64,000 bases of DNA from Candidatus Hodarchaeota archaeon. Lineage in GTDB: Archaea > Asgardarchaeota > Lokiarchaeia > Sigyniarchaeales > SOKP01. Below the pieces are notes generated by a model that was given only the letters and a program-made list of their open reading frames with translations, did no database searches and was not told the origin of the DNA. The position numbers were made by a program, and so were the translations under genes. Location of the stretch: NCBI GenBank assembly GCA_048886685.1, contig JBHLKM010000001.1:256001-320000 (forward strand). Direction: 5' to 3'. Of this stretch, positions 31,817 to 39,298 are shown in pieces; position 1 is the first letter of the stretch; every line of letters begins with the position of its first letter.

Positions 31817-32329
31817 TTAGCCTCTCCTCCCTATTTTATATTTATAAACTTGAATACATGTTTTATTTCCATAGGCTCGAGACTCGATGACCTCTTGCGG
31901 TTTAAAAACCAAAGAAGATATACCTTTAGATTCTCTGCTTATATGAGAAATAATTTCTGAAACCATCCCTAATATAATCTCACATCCCGCTATTTCTATC
32001 TCATCGTAATGATATTTACATAGAGCACAGTTTGAATCTCGAACTCTAACTATGTTCTCAGCTTCACTTAATTCGATTGAAGGAGAGCTGTTCAATACTT
32101 TTTGATAAATAGTTGTAATAACATCTTTTAAATTAGAAACATTGACCGTATCCGTAGGTTTCCAGTATTTCATATAGGTTTTAGCTATGTTTTTTCCCAT
32201 CTTCCTTAATCTTTCTTTTAAATCGGTAAGTCCATTTCTCTCCATAAATGTTGCTAAGATGTGAATGCTATTGCGCATTTGATTCATGGTTGCATCTGTT
32301 TGTACCAGATCTTTCCTCGAAAAATTCAT
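31817..32329 (-). CDS. Stand-alone V4R/TRAPP(Bet3)-like protein
   Basis: ERLRKMGKNIA, NCALC, GCEIILGMV and ESRAYGNKTC. Confidence 0.62.
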   Translation of the reverse strand: MNFSRKDLVQTDATMNQMRNSIHILATFMERNGLTDLKERLRKMGKNIAKTYMKYWKPTDTVNVSNLKDVITTIYQKVLNSSPSIELSEAENIVRVRDSNCALCKYHYDEIEIAGCEIILGMVSEIISHISRESKGISSLVFKPQEVIESRAYGNKTCIQVYKYKIGRRG

Positions 32330-32561
32330 AGTTCTATTTTACACTCTCAAAGTAATTTAAATATTGAAAATCTTCATTAAATAAAAAATTTTTAATCTGA
32401 TTAACAGATTATTCGTATGATTTTCAAATATTTCTTGATAATTCAATTAAGAAATTAATACCAGCTCTCAATAATAAAAGATCCATAGAATTATTAAATT
32501 GACTGCTTAGATTTGCGATAACTTAAAAAAAGTAAGATAAATAAGAATTTCTTAAAAAAAG

Positions 32562-32948
32562 TTACATTTGGGAGATAATCTGTCTCATAATTTGCTCTCC
32601 CGCGGCCCCAACCATCAATCCGTTCCGTACAAGCAACTGACCTTGAATCTCTATTGGGTGATTTAAGAGTTCACCGTTTTTGAAAAACAATAAGGTTGGA
32701 ATGGCTGTTATACCAAACATCTCACCGAGAGGCCTATTCCTGTCCAAATCCTCTTTTAATAATTTGATAAGACCTTCACTTTTCAGTTTTTCTAATATTG
32801 GACTTAAAAATTTGCAAGGGCCGCACCATTGCTGTTTGAGTGAGGAATTCACTCAAATTTCAGTGTAGACATCTACGATGACTTTGCCCTCTTTCATATC
32901 GTCTGTAATTTCAAGTCCAAATTTTTTTAATTCTTCGATATTTATCAT
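32562..32948 (-). CDS. trxA: Thioredoxin, 118 aa after removal of a 30-nt insert (exons 32948-32859 and 32828-32562)
   Basis: Exon 1 MINIEELKKFGLEITDDMKEGKVIVDVYTE joins in frame to exon 2 WCGPCKFLSP...FGITAIPTLLFFKNG. The unspliced frame has TGA at 32855-32853. Confidence 0.88.
32829..32858 (-). other. Candidate BHB/BHL-type intron in thioredoxin mRNA (30 nt)
   Basis: ATTTGAGTGAATTCCTCACTCAAACAGCAA. Perfect 9-bp stem TTTGAGTGA/TCACTCAAA, 3-nt bulge AAA, central helix ACTG/CAGC (3 pairs plus one A-C mismatch), contains an in-frame TGA. Confidence 0.78.
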
Positions 32949-33057
32949 ATTAGATACAATTTTGTAGTTTAAGGTATTTTTATTGTATTGTGATATAGTT
33001 GGGGGAATAAATATTTAATTGCTTTTATTAATTTCATTTACAAATTAAAAATCAGAT

Positions 33058-33335
33058 CGAGTGGAAACTGACGAAAACCATATGGAAAAGGAAAGATTAC
33101 ATGGAATACAAAACCACCATATGGTCAAAAATGGGGGTCATTTGAAGTTCAAGCCAATGGAGGTCATGCAGTCAGTGTTGGATCATATATCATCCCTGGT
33201 GTAAATTTCTAAATCTGTATTAAAGCATCAATGAATCAGAGTGATTTTATAGCTATATCCTCAAAATATGAAGCTCCAAATATTACCATAATAAGAGGAA
33301 ATAATGAAATCAGATGTAATTACATATGTTATTAA
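33058..33335 (+). pseudogene. Degraded fragment of a DNRLRE/CBM96-like domain gene
   Basis: RVETD..(frameshift)..GKITWNTKPPYG...VNF*ICIKAS...FIAISSKYEAP. In-frame TAA at 33210-33212; no intact start. Confidence 0.45.
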
Positions 33336-33573
33336 ACAGATGGAAAAAAATACAAATTCTGACACAATTAAGAGATGTAATTTGAATATATTTTTCTTAA
33401 TTTTATTCATGGAATATGAATTATTTACAAATTAAAAATGGAATGGCACACAAATTAATAAATAACTATATTAATGATTAGGGAATAGTATTAAACTTGA
33501 AGAAAAGAATAAAATCCTTATGTTGAGATTGAGAAAGATAAGGATATTAATTTAGAAAATTAAAGCAAATTTT

Positions 33574-34047
33574 ATGAAGATTATTACATATGGTTGGAGT
33601 TTAAAGTGGAAGGCTCCGATAATAGTGAAAAAGGAAATTGATCTGAAATGCGAGGGTGAGGGATGTGAAGATAATCCTTTTGTCATTAAGCCATCAAGCA
33701 TGCTACCGAGCTATTTTGAAATACATAATTCTGAGTATTACGTAGATATTCAAAATTGTGATCTTGAATCAATTGACTTGAAACATTGCAGGAATGTTAC
33801 TTTTAAAGACTGTAAATTAAAAAGGAGTAAATTAGAGGGGTGTTCGATTATCAGATATTTAAATTCAAATATATATGGTAATTTAACTTTACTTTCCTGT
33901 AATGAAGTAAAAATCGAGGAATGTATAATTAATAAGTTGAAATTTAAGAGCTCAAATTCAAATCTAGTTAAAAATTGCTCAATTAACACTATCAAGAAAA
34001 TTAGAAGTAAAAATAATATTTTTGAAGAAATTATTAATTCCAAATAG
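33574..34047 (+). CDS. Small right-handed beta-helix (NosD/pectin-lyase-like) protein, paralog 1
   Basis: GEGCEDNPFVI motif followed by repeated I.NC / L..C.N strands. Confidence 0.7.
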   Translation: MKIITYGWSLKWKAPIIVKKEIDLKCEGEGCEDNPFVIKPSSMLPSYFEIHNSEYYVDIQNCDLESIDLKHCRNVTFKDCKLKRSKLEGCSIIRYLNSNIYGNLTLLSCNEVKIEECIINKLKFKSSNSNLVKNCSINTIKKIRSKNNIFEEIINSK

Positions 34048-34084
34048 TGATTTAACCCAAAAAAATTGAAAACTTGATAATTCT

Positions 34085-34543
34085 ATGAAGCTAATTGTAT
34101 ATGAAGCAAATTTGAAATGGAGATTTCCGACAGTAGATTCAAAATATATTGATTTTGACTGTCCTGGTACAGGGATCGAAAGTGATCCATATATTATTGA
34201 ACCTTCAAAAGCTCTTCCAGGCAATTTTGGGCCCTTTAATTCCAAAGAATTCATTAGAATTCAAAATTGTCGACTCGCTCAACTAAATATAGAATCTTGT
34301 CAGAATATAGAATTTGAGAATAACAAGATTAAAGGGATCCAATTAAATAAATGCTCTGACTGTTCCTTAGTAAATACTGAAGTAGAATTATTAAGTTTAG
34401 AGAGTTGTCAGAACATTAAGATTGCAGATTGCATAGTCGATAGATTAAGACTTTATCATTCTGGGTCAAATAGTTTTAAGAATTGCATTATTAAGTATAG
34501 AAAGACGATAAAAAGCAAGGAAAATATTTTTGAAAATATTTAA
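34085..34543 (+). CDS. Small right-handed beta-helix protein, paralog 2
   Basis: GTGIESDPYII motif and SCQNI repeats. Aligns end to end with 33574..34047 (LKW..P, SK.NIFE). Confidence 0.7.
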   Translation: MKLIVYEANLKWRFPTVDSKYIDFDCPGTGIESDPYIIEPSKALPGNFGPFNSKEFIRIQNCRLAQLNIESCQNIEFENNKIKGIQLNKCSDCSLVNTEVELLSLESCQNIKIADCIVDRLRLYHSGSNSFKNCIIKYRKTIKSKENIFENI

Positions 34544-34618
34544 ATTCCTGCACAAAAGTCTAAAACGAGAGGAGATAACTTTTTTGTTAAGGGGGACTTA
34601 ATCTTTTCTTATTTATTG

Positions 34619-35254
34619 TTATATAGGAGTTATCCTTAAAATCAGCGACTCATTCCTGGCGAATAATTCGACATCACATTGTTTTTGGTTATGTAATAAT
34701 TCACTGAAGTAATTTCCCCAGAAGTCACTGTATCTTTTGCTATGAAAGTCATGATAAAACGACATTTGATAAGTGCCCTTGCTTCCTACTTCAATATCTA
34801 TTTTATAGAAATAATTAGCGCTTAGCCATACATTTTTAATAGCGTCCAGAAGCTCCCCTATAGACATCTCGACAATATTTTCGTTTTTATACCATTCTAT
34901 AACATCGATTGCTATATTTTCAGTAAGGGCTTTCTTGTGGTCTCCAGAAATATAAGAGAGATATGTTTTTTTTCCAACTAATACCATGTTTAGTTCATTT
35001 CTTGCTCTATTCCAAATATTCTGTAAATCACTTTTTTCAGGAAAATAGTATTGATCAAGTAATTCTAATGCTCTCTCAATTACTTTAGATTTATTTCCAA
35101 AAATTTTGTTTTGATCTTTATCCTTTAAATCAGCATATTTTTCAAGTAGTCCATTTGCTTTTTCAGAAATAGTAGTATGAATGGTTAATTTCTTCTGCTT
35201 TTCAGTTTTATTATTGTTCAATTCTTTTTTCTCCGTTTTGTATATAATTATCAA
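34619..35254 (-). CDS. Putative transcription regulator (ribbon-helix-helix-like N-terminus plus an effector domain)
   Basis: TIHTTISEKANGLLEKY...NKSKVIERALELL fits the strand-helix-helix pattern. Divergent from the radical SAM cassette. Start uncertain. Confidence 0.5.
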   Translation of the reverse strand: MIIIYKTEKKELNNNKTEKQKKLTIHTTISEKANGLLEKYADLKDKDQNKIFGNKSKVIERALELLDQYYFPEKSDLQNIWNRARNELNMVLVGKKTYLSYISGDHKKALTENIAIDVIEWYKNENIVEMSIGELLDAIKNVWLSANYFYKIDIEVGSKGTYQMSFYHDFHSKRYSDFWGNYFSELLHNQKQCDVELFARNESLILRITPI

Positions 35255-35272
35255 ATATTATATTTAATTCTA

Positions 35273-35387
35273 TGTTCATATATTTTTCGATTTTTATATA
35301 TTAATGTTGTGATTCTTGTTCATTTTCTGTGTGATCATGTTTATAGATGACCTTTCTGAATGACCACAAAGCTTAGATATGTGACCA
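35273..35387. promoter_or_regulatory. Array of TGWYCA-like hexamers in the divergent promoter region
   Basis: TGTTCA 35273, TGTTCA 35317, TGATCA 35332, TGACCT 35348, TGACCA 35361 and TGACCA 35382. Two of them lie in TGTGAYCATG. Confidence 0.4.
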
Positions 35388-35436
35388 TGATATTATTCAA
35401 GTGATGAAATAAAAAAAAGAAGAGGTGTAAATAAAA

Positions 35437-36330
35437 ATGAGAAAAAGAAGAGCCTTTCTAGGTCTTATTGCGTTATTTCTACCATTTATTTTAATTCTCA
35501 ACACAAACATATACAATGTAGAAAGGAGTTCACAGAATTTACTTGTAATATCTGATGATCTAATATATCATGTCCAGAACTATGTAGTTGCTTTAGATAT
35601 TGATGAACTTGATATTCAAGCACAAATCAATATAACATATAATGTTCTTAGTGGGATTAAACAAGATGGTTTTAAAAGATTTATAATTCCAAAACATTCA
35701 AATGGGGAAATTTTAACAATTAAAGTCTATGATGATGAAGGTCTTAATTTGGCTTGGAATTATAGGGAATTTGAAGGAAGAGATGGTAACCACTATAAAG
35801 AAATTTCTTTTCAGCATCCAGGATTTACCGGGATAAAAACAGTTTCAATCAATTTTAAAATGAAAAATTGGATTGTAGAACGCCAATCTGGTACTCAAAT
35901 TCAACTAGGAAATATAGGAACTTTCTCAATAAGCGTAAAACGAGCAGAATATATTATTATCTTTCCTGTTAATTATGAATTAGAGGAAATAAAATCTTCA
36001 GCGTCAGGAATAGAATTATTTGATGAACTTAATAACCGTTTGAGGTACTACTTCATACAATATGAGCCAATTTCAAATGATCTTAGTTTTACATGTTCAC
36101 CTCATATTACAAACAACCCTCCTTTAGAAGAAGTTAATTTAATAGACTCTCGAATCATATTAGTTACAGTTGCATTAGTAATAGTCTTTTCTTTTATGTT
36201 TTTTATAATTTATGCTGTAATAAAATCAGATCGAGAGTGGAGTGGAGGTGTTGGTTGTGGTGGATGTGGAGGGGGAGGTGGTTGCGGCGGATGTGGAGGG
36301 GGAGGTGGTTGCGGCGGATGTGGAGGTTAA
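35437..36330 (+). CDS. Single-pass membrane protein (DUF2207-like beta ectodomain) with a Gly/Cys-rich C-terminal tail
   Basis: GAGGTG SD, signal peptide, beta-rich ectodomain, TM helix, then WSG-GVGCGGCGG-GGGCGGCGG-GGGCGGCGG-stop. Confidence 0.8.
   Translation: MRKRRAFLGLIALFLPFILILNTNIYNVERSSQNLLVISDDLIYHVQNYVVALDIDELDIQAQINITYNVLSGIKQDGFKRFIIPKHSNGEILTIKVYDDEGLNLAWNYREFEGRDGNHYKEISFQHPGFTGIKTVSINFKMKNWIVERQSGTQIQLGNIGTFSISVKRAEYIIIFPVNYELEEIKSSASGIELFDELNNRLRYYFIQYEPISNDLSFTCSPHITNNPPLEEVNLIDSRIILVTVALVIVFSFMFFIIYAVIKSDREWSGGVGCGGCGGGGGCGGCGGGGGCGGCGG
36247..36327 (+). repeat. Three 27-nt tandem units encoding GxGCGGCGG
   Basis: Units 2 and 3 (ggaggtggttgcggcggatgtggagg[g/t]) are nearly identical; unit 1 is diverged. 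Confidence 0.9.
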
Positions 36331-36361
36331 GAACAAAATTTGAATATTAAATGATTAAAAG

Positions 36362-37414
36362 ATGAAAGAAATGAGGAGAAAGGTAAAAAACTCGAATTTA
36401 AGAATGTGGAATTTTTTTTTGCAACTCCATATTACAGAGAAATGTAATTTAAAATGTATCCATTGCTATGAGGGGAAGTCACCAAGAAAGGACACTAATT
36501 TATTAACATCTAAAGAGATTTTTGATTTATTAGATGAGTATAATGATTTTCTACGTGTTCTCAAAGCAAAAGGAACTGTATATTTTACTGGTGGAGAACC
36601 GATTCTTGATAGCAATCTTTCTAGCTATATCTCTAAAGCTTCAAAATTAGGTATGCATACTATGGTTTTATCTAATGGAACATTGATAAATAATTCAAAA
36701 GCTAAAGAGTTATACAAAGTTGGAACCAACTTTGTTCAAATTAGTATTGATGGCCTGGAAAAAACACATGACTACATCCGAGGACTTGGTTCGTTTCAAA
36801 AAGCAACTGAAGGATTAGAAAATTGCTTTAAAGTTGGATTAAATACTACAGTGATGACTACTCTGAGCAAATTAAATGCTGATGAAATAGAGGGAATAAT
36901 ACTTCATTGTATTGAACACAATGTTTCTCGAATAGCGTTTGGGAGATTAGTTCCTGTTGGAAATGGAGTCGAATTACTCAGTCAAATTTTCACTAAGTCA
37001 GAAACATTGAAACTATTTAAAACAATTAAGGATTTGAAGAGAAAATACGAAAATCATATAGATTTTGCTTTTCACGATCCTCTTTGGACAAGTTATTTGA
37101 ATATAAAAAGTACCAGTGGTTGTAGCGTAGGTAAGAGAGGTTTATGTATTGTAGAAAATGGAGATATTATGCCATGTCGTAGGATGGATTTAGTTATAGG
37201 AAATATTAGAAATGATGCCCTGCTTGATATTTGGAACTCAAATTATCTTAGACAATTTCTTAATAGAAATAAATATGGTGGGAAATGTAGAAAATGTGAA
37301 AGATTGACTCGTTGTGGAGGGTGCCGGGCTATTGCTAAAGCTATTAATGGTAATGAATTCGGAGAAGATCCTCAATGTTTTCTAAGAACTAAGGAAATTA
37401 GAATGAATAATTAA
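36362..37414 (+). CDS. Radical SAM protein with a C-terminal SPASM domain (peptide/protein maturase type)
   Basis: CNLKCIHCY, TGGEP, QISIDG...HD.IRG; SPASM GCSVG...GDIMPC and CRKC.....CGGCRA.......EDPQC. Confidence 0.93.
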   Translation: MKEMRRKVKNSNLRMWNFFLQLHITEKCNLKCIHCYEGKSPRKDTNLLTSKEIFDLLDEYNDFLRVLKAKGTVYFTGGEPILDSNLSSYISKASKLGMHTMVLSNGTLINNSKAKELYKVGTNFVQISIDGLEKTHDYIRGLGSFQKATEGLENCFKVGLNTTVMTTLSKLNADEIEGIILHCIEHNVSRIAFGRLVPVGNGVELLSQIFTKSETLKLFKTIKDLKRKYENHIDFAFHDPLWTSYLNIKSTSGCSVGKRGLCIVENGDIMPCRRMDLVIGNIRNDALLDIWNSNYLRQFLNRNKYGGKCRKCERLTRCGGCRAIAKAINGNEFGEDPQCFLRTKEIRMNN

Positions 37415-37451
37415 AAGAATTACTGAAATAAAATAAGGTGAATTTATTAAT

Positions 37452-37631
37452 ATGTCTTTCATAAACAAGAAAAGAATAGTTGTAAACTTAATAATATGGG
37501 CTAGTTGTACTTCCATTCTTGGATTTTTCGGAATTTTTTTTGGTTTTGACATAATTTTACTATGCATTATCTTAATGTTATGCGGAATGTCTGTACCATT
37601 TATTATTGCCATATCTTTAAGAAATTTTTAA
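37452..37631 (+). CDS. Small 2-TM membrane protein (59 aa), below the ORF-track cutoff
   Basis: AGGTG upstream; MSFINKKRIVVNLIIWASCTSILGFFGIFFGFDIILLCIILMLCGMSVPFIIAISLRNF*. Starts 37 nt after the radical SAM gene. Confidence 0.6.
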   Translation: MSFINKKRIVVNLIIWASCTSILGFFGIFFGFDIILLCIILMLCGMSVPFIIAISLRNF

Positions 37632-37869
37632 TGAGGAGCTATTAGTAATCTCTCACTTTGATGGTTATGAAATTCTTTAGAGTTAATTAATTTGTGTAAT
37701 CAATGTATATTATCACAGAATTTATTGATCAGTCCTTTTACTTAAGATCAGGGAGAAGTAAGAAAAAATGGATGTTAATTTCTAATTTAAAAATTACGAA
37801 TTAAAAGAATTAATTTTAAAATCGAAAATAGGTTATACTAAATAATATTAAGATAAACTGATCGTTCAA

Positions 37870-38373
37870 ATGGCAACTATAGATTTTGAGTTCAGAAACC
37901 AAATTCTCGTTAATGATATAGGCAATACATTAGCATATTGTTATCAATGCGCAACCTGTAGTGGTGCGTGTCCAGTAGCACAGGTTACTGAGGGTAAGTA
38001 TAACCCAAGGCGTTTAATTTTAGATGCTTTATTAGGGCTTAAAGAGAAAATATTTGGCCCTGAAAATGCATTTAATATTTGGGGTTGTACGGTATGTGAT
38101 ACATGTGATGAAGTATGCCCACAAAAGGTAGAGCTAACCGAGATTTTTACAATATTAAAGAATTTGAGTGTAGAAAGAGGAGAAGCACCAGCTCACTATA
38201 CAGGTCAAGCTTCAACAATTTTAGAACACGGAAAGGCAATTCCAATGCAACCCGCTATAGAAAGGAGACGTACACAGTTAGGTTTGCCTGAAATAATGGC
38301 TCCTGATGTGAATGAAGTTAAAAAGCTTCTAGAAGCGACAAAGTTACCAGAGAAACTTCCGAAATCGGAATAA
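37870..38373 (+). CDS. hdrC: Heterodisulfide reductase subunit C-like 2x[4Fe-4S] protein
   Basis: CYQCATCSGACP, YNPRR, IWGCTVCDTCDEVCPQ and RR..LGLP. Confidence 0.88.
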   Translation: MATIDFEFRNQILVNDIGNTLAYCYQCATCSGACPVAQVTEGKYNPRRLILDALLGLKEKIFGPENAFNIWGCTVCDTCDEVCPQKVELTEIFTILKNLSVERGEAPAHYTGQASTILEHGKAIPMQPAIERRRTQLGLPEIMAPDVNEVKKLLEATKLPEKLPKSE

Positions 38374-38510
38374 GCTTATCTTTTTTCTTTTTGATTTTCT
38401 TTTTTTATATGTTTCGTTAGAATTTTATAGTCTCTAAACCTTAATTGTATTATATTCTAAATTTAGAAATGAGAATATTGAAATTTGAATACGATTTGAG
38501 GTAAAAGAAA

Positions 38511-39281
38511 TTGAGAATACCTATAGTTGGGGGAAATTGGAAAATGAATAGAGGTACCCCAAAAGAGTCTAAGGAAATGCTAAAGGATTTAATTTCTCTT
38601 ATAGAAAAGACTAAGAATGTTGAAGTTGTGATTGCGCCCCCTTTTACTAGTTTAATAAGTAGTAGAGAAATTTTGAAAGGTACCAATATAAAATTAGGTG
38701 CTCAAAACATGTATTTTGAAGAAAAGGGAGCATTTACAGGTGAAATATCACCTAGTTTTTTAAAGGATATCGGGGTTGAATATATTATCCTTGGTCATAG
38801 CGAAAGAAGAGATATTTTCAATGAATCAGACGATTTAATTAATAAAAAGTTAAAAAAGGCTTTATCAATGGGTTTAAAGCCCATAGTTTGTATTGGTGAG
38901 CACTTAGAAGAAAGAGAAGAGGGTAAAACAAAGGAAACAATTCAGTATCAAATGAATGAGACTTTTAAAGATCTTGATAAAGATCAGATAACTCGGACTG
39001 TTATAGCGTATGAACCTATTTGGGCAATAGGGACAGGAATAACGGCTACACCAGACCAAGCTGAGGAGATTCATGTTTTTATTCGTGAAATTTTAGCCGA
39101 AAGATTTGATCGAGAAACAGCAGAGATAGTAAGAATTCAATATGGGGGATCAATTAAGCCAAATAATGCTGAAGAATTATTTAGTAAAAAGAATATAGAT
39201 GGTGGTTTGGTTGGAGGGGCGTCTCTTCAAGCAGATTCCTTAGCACATATAATAAAAGCTGCTGAAAAAACAATCAGTTAA
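38511..39281 (+). CDS. tpiA: Triosephosphate isomerase (bacterial/eukaryotic long type)
   Basis: GGNWKMN, GAFTGEIS, ILGHSERR, AYEPIWAIGTG, YGGS and DGGLVGGASL. Confidence 0.96.
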   Translation: MRIPIVGGNWKMNRGTPKESKEMLKDLISLIEKTKNVEVVIAPPFTSLISSREILKGTNIKLGAQNMYFEEKGAFTGEISPSFLKDIGVEYIILGHSERRDIFNESDDLINKKLKKALSMGLKPIVCIGEHLEEREEGKTKETIQYQMNETFKDLDKDQITRTVIAYEPIWAIGTGITATPDQAEEIHVFIREILAERFDRETAEIVRIQYGGSIKPNNAEELFSKKNIDGGLVGGASLQADSLAHIIKAAEKTIS

Positions 39282-39298
39282 AATTCTATCTCAATTTC

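Noticed and set aside
32562-32852. ORF-track 96-aa thioredoxin starting at GTG 32852
   Set aside because: The GTG lies inside the hairpin, and this product would lack the core strand (VIVDVY) encoded in frame upstream.
32853-32855. In-frame TGA in thioredoxin read as selenocysteine or by readthrough
   Set aside because: The TGA is not at a catalytic Cys position (WCGPC is intact). Readthrough would add 10 residues right before the active-site Trp. I saw no convincing SECIS downstream. Exact excision explains the sequence better, although a SECIS search was not run.
36247-36327. 27-nt repeats as a CRISPR array
   Set aside because: The units are contiguous with no spacers, lie in frame in a CDS, and no cas genes are present.
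37382-37612. 76-aa minus-strand ORF
   Set aside because: The plus-strand 59-aa 2-TM ORF (37452..37631) has an SD-like sequence and operon context; this ORF is its antisense shadow.
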